This document shows positions 28,911 through 40,900 of a stretch of DNA of 64,000 nt, in pieces. The DNA lies in contig CAWGQB010000020.1 of assembly GCA_963824565.1 (NCBI GenBank), positions 67,575 through 131,574 of the forward strand, in the 5' to 3' direction. The stretch is from an uncultured Pseudomonadota bacterium. GTDB lineage: Bacteria > Desulfobacterota > Binatia > Binatales > Binataceae. Numbering within the stretch: the first letter of the stretch is position 1; each line of letters opens with the position of its first letter. The translations under genes were made by a program, and so were the position numbers. Below the pieces are notes generated by a model. It had not been told where the DNA came from. It ran no database searches and saw only the letters and a list, made by a program, of their open reading frames with translations.

Positions 28911-30248
28911 ATGGCAAAGGATACCCTCACCGTCACCGACAACCGCACCGGCAAGAGTTACGAGATCGCGATCGAGAACGAAACGATTCGCGCCGCGGAT
29001 TTGCGCCAGATAAAGGCCTCGCCCGATGACTTCGGTCTGATGTCTTACGATCCGGCTTTTACCAACACCGCCTCGTGCAAAAGCAAAATCACCTATATCG
29101 ACGGTGACGTGGGCATCCTCCGCTACCGCGGCTATCCGATTGAGGAGCTGGCCGAGCATAGCAATTACCTGGAGACCGCGTACCTTATCGTCAAGGGCGA
29201 ACTGCCCGACCCCAAGCACTTCGAGATGTGGGAGCATAACATCAAAGTGCACACGATGGTGCACGAGAACATCAAAAAATTTATGGAGGGATTTCGCTAC
29301 GACGCCCATCCGATGGGGATGCTGCTGGGCACGGTCGGAGCGCTTTCCACGTTTTACCCCGAAGCCTCCAACATCCATGATATGGAAGTGCGGCGGCTGC
29401 AGACCCGCCGCCTCATCGGCAAAATGCCGACTCTGGCAGCCTGGGCGTACCGGCTCACCCGCGGGTTGCCGTATGTTTATCCCAACAATGAACTGAGCTA
29501 CACCGGTAACTTTTTGTCGATGCTATTCCGCATGACCGAGTCCGAGTACAAGCCTAATCCGATACTGGAGCGGACGCTGGATGTGCTGTTCATTCTCCAT
29601 GCGGACCATGAGCAGAATTGCTCGACCAATGCGATGCGATCGGTGGGAAGCTCGCAGGTTGATCCCTATTCCGCCACCGCGGCGGCGATCGCCGCGCTAT
29701 ATGGGCCGCTGCATGGCGGTGCCAATGAAGCCGTGGTGCGGATGCTGGAGCAGATCAGGTCGGTCAAGAACGTTCCCGAGGCGGTAAAGAGGTTCAAGGC
29801 CGGCGAAGGACGCCTGATGGGGTTCGGTCATCGGGTGTACAAGAATTACGATCCGCGCGCGAAGATCCTCAAGGAGATGGCCTATAAAGTCTTCGAAGTA
29901 ACCGGCGCCAATCCGTTGATCGAAATCGCGCTGGAACTGGAGCGAATCGCCCTGCAGGACGATTATTTCGTCAGCCGCAAGCTATACCCCAACGTCGACT
30001 TCTATTCCGGCATAATCTACCAGGCCATGGGCTTCCCGACTGAAATGTTTCCGGTCCTGTTTGCCATCCCACGCACCTCAGGATGGCTGTCGCAATGGGC
30101 CGAAATGGTAAGGGACCCGGAACAGAAAATCGCCCGTCCACGCCAGGTGTATTTGGGCGAGGCCAAGCGCTCATGGATTCCGATTGCTGAACGGCCCAGA
30201 CCCGCCAATCGCGAGGAAGCGGTCGATACTTCGATTAGTTATAAGTGA
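28911..30248 (+). CDS. gltA: Citrate synthase
   Basis: HADHEQNCST, GPLHGGANE, GFGHRVYKNYDPR, YPNVDFYSG. Confidence 0.97.
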   Translation: MAKDTLTVTDNRTGKSYEIAIENETIRAADLRQIKASPDDFGLMSYDPAFTNTASCKSKITYIDGDVGILRYRGYPIEELAEHSNYLETAYLIVKGELPDPKHFEMWEHNIKVHTMVHENIKKFMEGFRYDAHPMGMLLGTVGALSTFYPEASNIHDMEVRRLQTRRLIGKMPTLAAWAYRLTRGLPYVYPNNELSYTGNFLSMLFRMTESEYKPNPILERTLDVLFILHADHEQNCSTNAMRSVGSSQVDPYSATAAAIAALYGPLHGGANEAVVRMLEQIRSVKNVPEAVKRFKAGEGRLMGFGHRVYKNYDPRAKILKEMAYKVFEVTGANPLIEIALELERIALQDDYFVSRKLYPNVDFYSGIIYQAMGFPTEMFPVLFAIPRTSGWLSQWAEMVRDPEQKIARPRQVYLGEAKRSWIPIAERPRPANREEAVDTSISYK

Positions 30249-30273
30249 CTGACGCCTCGTTGGCGTCAGTTTA
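30248..30273. terminator. Hairpin terminator between convergent gltA and ilvD
   Basis: actgacgcc-tcgtt-ggcgtcagt followed by tt. Confidence 0.6.
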
Positions 30274-30277
30274 GATC

Positions 30278-31951
30278 CTAATCCGTTACCGCACCGAGGC
30301 TGGCCGACGAAACCTGGGCGGCGTACTTGGCCAGTACTCCGCGAGTGTAGCGGGACGCAGGTTGACGCCACGCATCGCGCCGGCGCTGGAATTCGTCGTC
30401 GGCAATGTTGAGCTGCAGGATCCGCTTATGGGCGTCGATTGTTATCGAGTCGCCCTCCTTAATCAGTGCGATTGGACCGCCGACCTGGGCTTCCGGGGCC
30501 ACATGTCCGACGACCATTCCATAGGTCCCGCCGGAGAAGCGGCCGTCGGTAATCAGCCCCACCGAATCGCCCAGGCCCTTGCCGATTATGGCCGAGGTCG
30601 GTGACAGCATCTCGCGCATGCCGGGGCCGCCCTTCGGCCCTTCGAAGCGGATAACGACCACGTCACCGGCCTTGATGCGATCGGACAAGATCGCACCCAA
30701 GGCTGCTTCCTCGGTCTCAAATACCCGCGCCGGACCGGTCATTACCGGGGTCTTAAGGCCGCTAATCTTCGCCACGCAACCGTCAGGAGCCAGATTGCCT
30801 CTTAAGATCGCAAGGTGTCCTTCCGGGTAAACCGGTTCCTCCCACGGATGAATGACGTCCTGATCCTTGCGCGGCGCCGACGGCACGTCCTTGAGCACCT
30901 CGGCGACTGTACGCCCGGTTATCGTCATCGCGTCGCCGTGCAGCACCCCGTGCTCGAGCAGAATTTTCATCACCTGCGGGATGCCGCCTGCGCGATGGAG
31001 GTCGGTGGCGACGTACTTACCCGTCGGCTTGAGGTCGCACAGTACCGGGACCTTTTTGCGGATCTCCTCGAAGTCGTCCAGCTTCAGCGGCACCTCGGTG
31101 GCGTGCGCAATTGCCAGCAAATGGAGAATAACGTTGGTCGACCCACCGATCGCCATCGCGACCGCGATTGCGTTCTCGAACGCCTTGCGGGTCAGGATCT
31201 GGCGGGGCAGCAGTTGGCGCTCGATGGCCGCCACCAGCACTTTGCCCGATTCGGCGGCGCTTTCGGCCTTTTCCTGGTCTTCGGCAGCCATGGTCGACGA
31301 GTACATCAGGCTCATGCCCATCGCCTCGAAGACCGAGGACATGGTGTTGGCGGTGAACATTCCGCCACACGAACCGGCGCCGGGGCAGGCGCGCCGCTCG
31401 ACTTCCATCAGCTCCGCTTCGGTAATCTTGCCGGCGCTGTACTGACCCACCGCCTCGAAGGCGCTGACGATAGTCAGGTCGCGCCCCGCGTAATGGCCGG
31501 GCTTGATGGTGCCGCCATAGACGAAAATGCCGGGGATATTTATGCGCGCCATCGCGATCAGCGCACCCGGCATGTTCTTGTCGCACCCGCCGACCGCGAC
31601 CACTCCGTCCATCGACTCGCCGTTACAGGCGGTCTCGATTGAATCAGCAATGACTTCACGCGATACCAGCGAATACTTCATCCCCTCGGTACCCATCGCG
31701 ATACCGTCGCTGACGGTCACCGTGCCGAATACCTGGGGCATCGCACCCGCGGCACGCACCGCCGCCTGCACCCGCTCGGCGAGCAAACCCAGCCCTACGT
31801 TGCACGGGGTGAGATTGCTGTAACCGTTGGCGACGCCGACGATCGGCTTGTTGAAGTCACGGTCGCCAAAACCGACCGCGCGCAGCATCGCGCGATTAGG
31901 GGAGCGTTGAACGCCTTGGGTAACTATTCCGCTTCTCAAATGCTCGGCCAT
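30278..31951 (-). CDS. ilvD: Dihydroxy-acid dehydratase
   Basis: [36 protein letters not shown]. Confidence 0.97.
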   Translation of the reverse strand: MAEHLRSGIVTQGVQRSPNRAMLRAVGFGDRDFNKPIVGVANGYSNLTPCNVGLGLLAERVQAAVRAAGAMPQVFGTVTVSDGIAMGTEGMKYSLVSREVIADSIETACNGESMDGVVAVGGCDKNMPGALIAMARINIPGIFVYGGTIKPGHYAGRDLTIVSAFEAVGQYSAGKITEAELMEVERRACPGAGSCGGMFTANTMSSVFEAMGMSLMYSSTMAAEDQEKAESAAESGKVLVAAIERQLLPRQILTRKAFENAIAVAMAIGGSTNVILHLLAIAHATEVPLKLDDFEEIRKKVPVLCDLKPTGKYVATDLHRAGGIPQVMKILLEHGVLHGDAMTITGRTVAEVLKDVPSAPRKDQDVIHPWEEPVYPEGHLAILRGNLAPDGCVAKISGLKTPVMTGPARVFETEEAALGAILSDRIKAGDVVVIRFEGPKGGPGMREMLSPTSAIIGKGLGDSVGLITDGRFSGGTYGMVVGHVAPEAQVGGPIALIKEGDSITIDAHKRILQLNIADDEFQRRRDAWRQPASRYTRGVLAKYAAQVSSASLGAVTD

Positions 31952-32094
31952 AACAGCTTTATAGCGCAGGACCATGGGAGCGTCCAATTGGATTTTCAGG
32001 ACGGTTGCGGCTGATGACGCCAGAAACGCCTTGGGGCCCGATCTCTCCTTCTATAACGTTTGACATTAAACGCCTGGCCCTAAAGGATAGTAAG

Positions 32095-32373
32095 TTGATC
32101 AGGAGCTACCGCTCACGCAACGCTGAACGACTCTACAGACGCCAAACGGTTAGGCGGTTCGGCGCCATCGAGCGAGTTGCTCGAAGAAAGTTGAGGGAAC
32201 TGAATGCCGCGACTTCCCTACAGGACCTGGCTATCACACCCGGTAATCGGCTTGAGGCGCTGCGTGGCGATCGCAAAGGCCAGTATAGTATTCGGATAAA
32301 CAATCAGTGGCGCATCTGCTTCGTATGGCGCGATGACGACGCCTACGAAGTTGAGATTGTTGATTATCATTGA
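32095..32373 (+). CDS. higB: HigB (RelE/ParE-like, plasmid maintenance killer type) toxin
   Basis: TTG start; PGNRLEALRGDRKGQYSIRINNQWRICFVW..EIVDYH. Confidence 0.9.
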   Translation: MIRSYRSRNAERLYRRQTVRRFGAIERVARRKLRELNAATSLQDLAITPGNRLEALRGDRKGQYSIRINNQWRICFVWRDDDAYEVEIVDYH

Positions 32374-32403
32374 GGGAAAAGTGGACAGAATCTGGCTGCA
32401 GCA

Positions 32404-32724
32404 GTGAAAAAGTTATCTCCCATACATCCCGGCGAAATGCTGCGCGAGGACTTCATGAAACCATTGAACCTTAGCGCAAACCGCCTGGCTACGGATATCC
32501 GCGTATCGGTTACCCGAATCTCCGAAATATTGCGGGGCCGGCGTGCTATTACCACCGACACCGCGCTCAGGCTCGCTCGCTATTTCGGGACGTCCTCGCA
32601 GTTCTGGCTGAATCTGCAGCGCGATTACGAACTTGAAGTAGCCGAAGACGGTTTATTGCAGAGGATCGAGCACGACGTTCGCCCGCTGCAAAGATCTGGA
32701 GAGAAGCGGGCCACGGCCAGCTGA
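32404..32724 (+). CDS. higA: HigA antitoxin (Xre HTH)
   Basis: PIHPGEMLREDF, ITTDTALRLARYFGTSSQFWLNLQ. Confidence 0.92.
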   Translation: MKKLSPIHPGEMLREDFMKPLNLSANRLATDIRVSVTRISEILRGRRAITTDTALRLARYFGTSSQFWLNLQRDYELEVAEDGLLQRIEHDVRPLQRSGEKRATAS

Positions 32725-32812
32725 TCAAAGGCCAGGCGTTCCTGAGCGTCAGCGCGATCGCATTCCACTTGACGCGCCGCCAGCTAGATAATGTGGCCCG
32801 GACGGGCTCTTC

Positions 32813-33325
32813 TCAAGAAGGTTCCGGGCGCCGATGTTGTGTCATTATGAAGCGGCCTTCAATTTTGGCATTTTCATGAACGATCACGGCCGGTGCGGTC
32901 AGGTTTCCGGACAGCATCCCTGAGGGGCCAACCTCTATCCGCTTGCTGGCGGTTATATCGGCGATCACTCTGCCCGCGACCACTACGTAGGGTGCCTGGA
33001 TAGGACCTATTACGGTAGCTCCAGCCGCGACGGTAATCGTGCCAGTGCTGATGATTTGAGCGCCCACGTGGCACTCAATCCGCACATGTCCTTCGAAATG
33101 TAATCTGCCGTTGAAATTGGAGTGCCTCAATACGCAGCACTCTCCCTCGCTACTGAGGGACAAATCGTTAACCGGTTGGGTTTGCCGGATTTCGGCGTTC
33201 TCAGTTTCACTCGGTGAGGATTCGACCGTTGGAATCGTTTCCGACGGTTGATTCGCATGCTCCTGAAACTCCAAATTTTCCGTCACCTCGCCATTTCCAA
33301 GCTCCATCACCGCACCTCCTCCCAC
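32813..33325 (-). CDS. Bactofilin (polymer-forming cytoskeletal protein) with acidic N-terminal extension
   Basis: FNGRLHFEGHVRIE..GRVIADITASKRIEV..GNLTAPAVIVHENAKIEG beta-helix pattern; start uncertain. Confidence 0.75.
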   Translation of the reverse strand: MGGGAVMELGNGEVTENLEFQEHANQPSETIPTVESSPSETENAEIRQTQPVNDLSLSSEGECCVLRHSNFNGRLHFEGHVRIECHVGAQIISTGTITVAAGATVIGPIQAPYVVVAGRVIADITASKRIEVGPSGMLSGNLTAPAVIVHENAKIEGRFIMTQHRRPEPS

Positions 33326-33520
33326 AACATCGCTTTCAACAACTCATCCGTGATCACCCGTTAATCGGATCTTCGCGGATACAACCACGCTTCGAGTTAC
33401 AGCTTCCTACCGAGTATGGTGCCTCTTATTCCTAGCCTTTGGCTATGATTTGCTAAGGGCTACATGGCGGATTTTTCGAGATTCGCCATTGGCTGATCAA
33501 AGATTTGGCGTCCCTGAACT

Positions 33521-34222
33521 TCAGCGTGACCGTTTTCCACTCGCCGGCGGCGGAGTCGCGGCGGCGGGCAGGATGATTCGCGTGCTTTGCCACAGGTACC
33601 AGGACGCCACCGTGCGAAACGGTCGCCATCGCTCGCCCAGTTCCTCCAGTTCGCGCTTTGACGGCAGGTTCGCAAGTCCATAGAGCTGGCGCGCTGCGCT
33701 GCGCAATCCGAGGTCATCGAGCGCCAGCACATCGGGCCGGCCCAGGTTGAACATCAGAAACATCTCCGCGGTCCAGCGTCCGATACCTTTGACACGCGTT
33801 AGATCCGCAATGATCTCGTCGTCCGACATCCGGCTGAAGCGATGGAAGTTCAGCGACTTGTTCGCGACGTGTTGGGCCAAATCCCGCAGATACACAATCT
33901 TCTGGCGCGACAGACCGGCCTTGCGCAAATCCTCGTCAGGGCGCGCCAACAACTGCGCCGGCGTAGGGAAGCTCCTTCCGGGAAACAGCGCCACCACACG
34001 CCCATAGATGGCCGTGGCCGCGCTGCCGGCCAATTGCTGAAACATGATCGCGCGCGCCAGCGCCTGAAAGCGCCGCCGGCTGACCCGAATCTGAAATGGC
34101 CCGACCTCCTTGATGATCCCGGCCATCACCGGATCGGACCGCTTGAGATGGCGAATCGCCGCCGGCGCATATGGATGCAAGGACTGCGGCTTCTTCAATC
34201 GCGCGACTGCCATGCCGGTCAT
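33521..34222 (-). CDS. alkA: DNA-3-methyladenine glycosylase (AlkA/HhH-GPD family)
   Basis: QQLAGSAA, LTRVKGIGRWTAEM, DDLG, WRPFRTVASWYLW. Confidence 0.88.
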   Translation of the reverse strand: MTGMAVARLKKPQSLHPYAPAAIRHLKRSDPVMAGIIKEVGPFQIRVSRRRFQALARAIMFQQLAGSAATAIYGRVVALFPGRSFPTPAQLLARPDEDLRKAGLSRQKIVYLRDLAQHVANKSLNFHRFSRMSDDEIIADLTRVKGIGRWTAEMFLMFNLGRPDVLALDDLGLRSAARQLYGLANLPSKRELEELGERWRPFRTVASWYLWQSTRIILPAAATPPPASGKRSR

Positions 34223-35107
34223 TTAGGGCGAGGCTGCCTCGGGTGCAACCTTCTCGGGTACAACCTCGACACTGACGGCGATGGTCTGCTCGCCTCCTCC
34301 CAGCGCGACGCCTTTGACCGGGCTCACGTCGGAGTAGTCACGGCCCCAGGCAATCGTCACGTGACCGCCCGAGGGCATCACGTTGTTGGTCGGGTCGATA
34401 TCGAGCCATCCGAAACCGTGACAGAACACCGATACCCAGGCATGAGAGGCCTCCACACCAACCGAATTGCTGCCGCTGCGCAGATAACCGCTGACATAGC
34501 GAGCCGGCAGTCGCAGCGATCGCAAACCGGCGATCATGATGTGGGCGAAGTCCTGGCACACACCGCGGCGGGAACTAAGCACGGCATCGACCGCGGTCTT
34601 GACGGTGGTGGCGCACTGGTCATATTTGAACTCACGATTGATACGACGGCACAAATCAATGACGGCTTCGAGCAGCGGCCGGCCGGCGCCAAAACTCGGC
34701 GCGGCGTAGGCGGCGAACGCGGGGCCGATTGCGATTCGCGGCGATTCGAAGATGAACTGTAGAGCCTCGAAAGTATCCGCCGCCTCATGGCGGACCACGG
34801 TGTCACGCACCTGCTCCCATGACGGCGTCAGGCCCGGATGGATAGGCTCCGCAGCCTCCAGGTCAACCACGCTGGTCGAGATGATCGAGAGGTTCTGATG
34901 GGGCTCGTCGATGGCGAAATACGTGACCTCGTTACCGAAGTAGTCTTTGCGGGCCGCGCACGCGTCAGGCCCAGGGTGAATTATCAATTCATGGCTTACG
35001 ACGCGCTGGTGCGCGGTTGTGCGGGGCGCCAGATAGACCTCGCTGTGGCACAGCGAGGCCGGCTGGCTATACTTGTAAGTGGTGGTATGAGTTGCGCGGA
35101 GCATCAT
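34223..35107 (-). CDS. Transglutaminase-like protein (Bact_transglu_N + TGase core)
   Basis: GVCQDFAH, ARYVSGY, SHAW, DPTN, GRDYSDV. Confidence 0.92.
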   Translation of the reverse strand: MMLRATHTTTYKYSQPASLCHSEVYLAPRTTAHQRVVSHELIIHPGPDACAARKDYFGNEVTYFAIDEPHQNLSIISTSVVDLEAAEPIHPGLTPSWEQVRDTVVRHEAADTFEALQFIFESPRIAIGPAFAAYAAPSFGAGRPLLEAVIDLCRRINREFKYDQCATTVKTAVDAVLSSRRGVCQDFAHIMIAGLRSLRLPARYVSGYLRSGSNSVGVEASHAWVSVFCHGFGWLDIDPTNNVMPSGGHVTIAWGRDYSDVSPVKGVALGGGEQTIAVSVEVVPEKVAPEAASP

Positions 35108-35140
35108 TGATTACATTCGCGAGGGGGTGCGGTAGGGCGA

Positions 35141-37679
35141 CTAGGGCGCCGACATTTGCCGGGTCGGAATGGCGCGATTGAAATAAGCGCGCGTCAGTGT
35201 TTCGGAAAGCACGCGCAGCTCGTGGGCCAGACTGTTGAGCAACTCCTCCAGATTTTTCCAGTGCCCATCGCCGTTGGTGCTGACCAGGTCAGTAACGTCG
35301 GCGAGTTGTACGGCGGTTAGCAGCCTGACCGCGATATGCGCTTCGGTGGGACGGCGAATCAGCGAACGGCTGTCGGGCAGCTGATCGATGTGCTCGCGCA
35401 GACGCGCGAGTTGAAACGCTACCGAGCGCGGATTGGCCTCATCGAGTAGCAGCAGATCGAGCGCCAGGTCCCCCTGCAGCGCAGTGAGGTATCGGGAACG
35501 ATAGGTAAGTGAGCTATCGGCAATTTCCAGCAGTACCTCGAGTTGTCCGCTTTCCTTTACCGGCTCAAAGCCCAAGCCATGGCGCAGCAGCTCGACCATC
35601 TGAACCGCGCGCTCCAGGCGCCGTCCAATATCCAGAAAACGCCAGCCATGGCCCCGCGTCATGCTCTCCATTACCATGCCGCCGAACGCCGATAGCGTCA
35701 TGATCGCGTTGTCGAGCAGGTTTAGGGCGCCGACCATCCGCAGCGGCTCAGGCGGAGGCGAAACCGAAAACTGTTCGGCAAAGTGATTGAGGATCCGCCA
35801 CGCGTCCGCGGAGATGCGATCCCGCAACAGCCAGGCGAGCCGGCGTACATGATGCAGATTCCACGACAGACTGCCGTGCTCAGCCAAATCGTAGATCATG
35901 GCGAGCAATTCGCGCTCCAACAGCGCTGCTTGATCGGCGGCTTCCGGTATTTCGGAGCCGATGTACCCGAGGGCAAACATAACCCGCAGCCCGGCGTTGA
36001 GCCCCGCGGCCCTGGCGGGGTCGGCGTCCTGATTGATGCGCGGTAGCAGCGCCCGTGCGATGCGCACCGCCAACTCGACGCGTTCAACATACCGTCCCAG
36101 CCAGAACAGGTTCTCGGCCACCCGGCTGGGCAGATCGAAGGTGGCCCGGCTTACTTCCACCGGCACCGACGCCGTCGGCAGCAGGCTGAATTGCGGCGTC
36201 GGCCCGTCGGCCAGTACCCAGGTATCCTTGCTTCCGCCGCCGCGCTGCATCGAGACCACCAACGAGTCGAGCGACGACGTTACCCGCGTCAAACCACCCG
36301 GCATTACCGCATAGGAGTCGCCAGAGGCGACCGCGTAAACGCGCAGCACCAGATGGCGCGGCTGAGCGCGTCCGTCATCCCAGACCGGAACGGTGGATAA
36401 CTGCACCTGCTCCTGGGCCACGTAATCGCCCGGTGCCGCGCGCATTTTGGCGATCAGTTCCTCCCGTTGCGCGGCGCTAAGACGGGCGCCGAAAATGGGC
36501 TGATTGCGATGGGTGGGAAAGGTCGGCTTGATCACGAGGTGCGCCAGACGCTCAATAACCTCGGCGAACGGTTTCTCCTGACCGCACCACCAGGTAGCGA
36601 CCGTCGGGATTTTCAATTCTTCGCCCAGGACGTGGCGGCACAGGCCGGGAAGAAAAGCGGCCGGAGCGGCGGATTCGAGCAGCCCGGATCCGAGCGCGTT
36701 GGTAACCGCGACCTTGCCGGCGCGAACCGCCTCGACCAGGCCCGGAACCCCCAGCATCGAGTCCCCTCGCAGTTCCAGTGGGTCGCAGAAGTCGTCGTCC
36801 TGGCGGCGTACGATCACGTCAACCGGCAACAGACCGCCCAGCGTCTTCAGGAAGCAGCCCTCGTCGCGCACTGTCAGGTCGCCGCCCTCGACCAGCGTCA
36901 GGCCCAGATAGCGCGCCAGGAAGGCATGCTCGAAGTAGGTCTCGTTATACGGTCCGGGGGTTAGCAATACGATGCGGGGATTCTCGCGCGGCAGCAGGTT
37001 GCGCAGCGTTTCCCGGTAACTCTGAAAGAAGGCCGCCAGTCGGCGGACATGCGCGGCTTGAAAAACATCGCGCAGCACACGCGAAGAGACCAGCCGGTTT
37101 TCCAATCGCATAACCGGCGCCCGACGGTGACTGGGTGCGATCCGCGATTACCCACCATCCGCCGTCGGGGGACCGCGCGAGATCGGCGGCGTAAACGTGG
37201 AGACGGATCCCGGCCGGCACCTGCACTCCCCAGCAGGGCCGCAAAAAGCCAGGATGACGGAAGATCAGGTCGGGTGGCAACAGGCCGTCGCGGAGCAAAC
37301 GCTGCGGTCCGTAAAGGTCGGCCAGAATTCGATTGAGCACGGTTGCCCGCTGCCGGACTGCAGCCTCAATCGCGGCCCATTCACGATGGTCCAGGACCAT
37401 TGGGACCGGATCGAGCGGCCATGGCCGGTCGGTACTTTCGGGATCGCCATAAACGTTGTAGGTGATGCCGTGCTCATGAATCAGGCGGCGCCCCTCCTGC
37501 CACCGGCTGGCAATACCCGCCGGTCCGATCGCCAGCACCGAATCGGCCAGACTGCGCCATTGAGGCCGGATAGTGCCGTCCGGCGCGACGAACTCGTCAT
37601 AGAACGTCGGATTGGGCCGGTAGCGCCAAACTGCGGTAAGATCCTGCTCCAGTGGTTGCGTAGCTTGCTGTTGTTCCAT
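35141..37679 (-). CDS. Circularly permuted ATP-grasp type 2 fused to alpha-E domain; frameshift near 37110
   Basis: DRTQSPSGAGYA|LENR, TYFEHAFLARYLG, GGGSKDTWV, LFWLGRYVER, GRRLERA. Confidence 0.9.
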
Positions 37680-37775
37680 CCCAACCCGCACCAATTCGAC
37701 TGCGCCGATCTCAACTATTGTTGCATATCGCGTAGGGGTCTTGCATGCCGGCCGGCGGCGTCCCCGCCTTTCGCG

Positions 37776-37930
37776 TCACAGGGACAACACCAGCCGCAGC
37801 CCATCTTCGACTCGCGGATGCGCGCCGGCGGAATTCTACCCACCCGATCGATGAGGAAGTTCTTGTTCAAGGCCACCAGTTGAGAGAGGTTGATAACAGA
37901 ATCCTTGGAAAGCTGGCTCTCGTGCCTCAA
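37776..37930 (-). pseudogene. C-terminal remnant of a MazF/PemK toxin
   Basis: ESQLSKDSVINLSQLVALNKNFLIDRVGRIPPARIRE|VEDGLRLVLSL*; the N-terminal half and a partner antitoxin are absent. Confidence 0.65.
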
Positions 37931-37977
37931 GCCGGTTCGATGATGCACAAGCTGTGCGCCTGATGGAGCTTTGCCCG

Positions 37978-40900
37978 CTATAGCCCGGAGGAGGCGGCGG
38001 TTTCGATAGGGCGGCGCAGATCGAGCGTCATCGGGAATTGCGGATTGGATTCCACGGGCGGAATCGTCATTTGGCCCGGGGTATGGCCGAACGGGAAAAA
38101 GCGCGCGGCGCGGCGCGCCTCGGCCTCGTTGGCGTTGACCGGAAACGTGTCATAGCTGCGGCCACCCGGATGCGAGACATGGTAGGTGCATCCACCCACC
38201 GACCGTCCGGCCCAGGTATCGACGATATCGAACACCAACGGCGTATGGATGGGAATTGTCGGATGCAGGCATGAAGGTGGCTGCCACGCGCGGTAACGCA
38301 CCCCGGCGACAAATTCGCCTTGGGTACCGGTGAAATGCAGCGGGAGCCGCCGGCCATTGCAGGTCACGATATAGCGCTCGCCGGTCAGACCGCCAACCTT
38401 GACCTGGATCCGTTCGACCGAGGAATCGACGTAGCGCGCGGTGCCACCCGCGCCGGGTTCTTCGCCGAGCACGTACCACGGTTCGGTAGCCTGGCGGATT
38501 TCCACTTCGATACCCATATGATTGATGTGGCCAAAAACCGGGTAGCGGAACTCGAAATGCGGCGCGAACCATGCGGTTTCAGCGGATAGCCCGCGCGATT
38601 GAGATCGTCGATTACGCCGGCGAAGTCGCGCGCCGCGAAATGCGGCAGCATGAATTGATCGTGGAGTTGAGTGCCCCAATGGATCGGTTTGCGCGTAAAC
38701 GGTTCGCGCCAAAACCATGCCACCAGCGCGCGCACCAGCAACTGCTGCGTCAGGCTCATCCGCGCATGCGGCGGCATCTCGAAGCCGCGCAATTCCAGCA
38801 GCCCCAGGCGGCCAGTGGCCGAATCCGGCGAGTAGAGCTTGTCGATACAGAACTCGGCCCGATGGGTATTGCCGGTTACGTCGACCAGGATGTGGCGGAA
38901 GATCCGGTCCACCAGCCACGGCGGACAATAGCCTTCGCCGGGATTGGGAATCTGGCCAAAGGCGATCTCCAACTCGTAGATGCTGTCCTGGCGGGTCTCA
39001 TCGACACGCGGCGCCTGGCTGGTGGGCCCGATGAACAGGCCCGAAAACATGTACGACAGCGAGGGGTGATTGAGCCAGTAGCCGAGGATGCTGCGCAGCA
39101 GATCGGGACGGCGCAAAAAAGGACTGTCCGCTGCGGTCGGGCCGCCCAACGCGAAATGGTTACCGCCGCCAGTGCCGCTATGGCGCCCGTCGAGCATGAA
39201 CTTCTCGGTGCCCAGCCGGCATTGCCGCGCGTCTTCGTACAGCGCGGTGGTGCTCGCGACCAGTTCAGACCAGCTATGAGCGGGATTTACGTTGACCTCG
39301 ATAACCCCGGGATCGGGAGTGATCTTGATCTGGCCGATACGCGGATCGGAAGGCGGGGTGTAGCCCTCGATTACGACCGGCAAGCTCAGATGCGCCGCCG
39401 TGTCCTCGATTGCGGCCAGCAAATCAACGAAGTCCTCGATCGACTCAAGCGGTGGTATGAACACGTGCAACCGCCCCTCGCGCGGTTCCACACAAAGGGC
39501 GGTGCGAACTATCCAGGGCGCGGACTCGCCCGACTGCGGGTTTGCGGTCATGTCCGTGGTCGCGCTCGCTCTGAAGGATCGGATCCAACGGAGACATGCG
39601 TGGCGGCACCGGCAGGGTGCCCCGATTGGCCATCGGATCGACGGCGGCATTCATTGGCGCTTCCGACGGTGAAACCCAAGGCAGGCTGACCAGCGGCAAC
39701 CGCAAACCGACCGGCGAATCGCCTGGGACCACGAACAGATGTTGTCCGCGTAGCATCCACATCCCGGTTTGCCACTCGGGCCCGTTGCGGCCCCATCCGC
39801 GCTGCAGCGGCAACACGTAGCCGACGGGGACGTTCAGACCGCGCTCGAATACGCGGCGCAATCGCTCGCGTTCGATCGGGTCTTCAAGGTGGTTGTCGAC
39901 GGGATCCACGTTGATCGGCAATTGACGTTCGCGCTGTAAATAATAGACCGGATCCTCGAAGGCAGGGTTGGAATATTCCGGGTCGACGCCGAGGCGGCGC
40001 GCCAAAGTTACGCTAAAACGTTGCGCCTCCAGCGCACCGAAGCTGTAGCTCTGGTCCGCACGCGCCAGCAACGACCGGTCATGCCACAGCGCCACCCCAT
40101 CCGTGCGCCAGTAACAAGTCAACGCCCAGCGGGGCAATTGTTCCCCGGGATACCATTTGCCCAGCCCATAATGGAGCAAGCCTCCGGGGGCGAGCCGGTC
40201 GCGCAACCGGTCGAGCAGAAGTTCCGCCAACAGGCGCTTTTCCGATCCCAGTGCGGCGGTGCTCCATTCCTCGCCGTCCATATTGTCGATCGACACGAAA
40301 GTCGGCTCGCCGCCCATGGTCAGGCGGATATCGCCGCGCTGTATTTCCTCGTCCACCTGATGGCCCAACGCCTCGATCTGCTGCCATTGCTCAGACGTGT
40401 AGGGCAACGTGACGCGGGGGTCCTCATGAATCCGCGTCACCGACATCTCGTGGACAAACTGGACTTCGCAGGGATCGACGCCGCCTGAAATCGGCGCGGC
40501 TGAGGAGGGCTCGGGGGTGGCAGCCAGCGGAATATGGCCCTCGCCCGCGAACAAGCCTGAAGTTGCGTCGAGGCCGATCCAACCGGCGCCAGGCAGATAA
40601 ACCTCGGCCCAGGCGTGAAGATCAGTAAAGTCCTTTTCGGGTCCAGGTGGGCCGTCCAACGATTTGACGTCGGGTTTGAGCTGGATCAGATAGCCGGAGA
40701 CAAAGCGCGCAGCCAGTCCCAAATGACGCAGGATTTGCACCAGCAGCCATGCGCTGTCGCGGCATGACCCGCTGGCCAGAGTCAGGGTCTCCTCGCAAGT
40801 CTGTATCCCCGGCTCCATCCGGATGAGATAGCTGATTTCGCCTGCCAAGCGCTGGTTGAGTCCGACCAGAAAATCCACCGTACGCAACGGCGTGAGGTCG

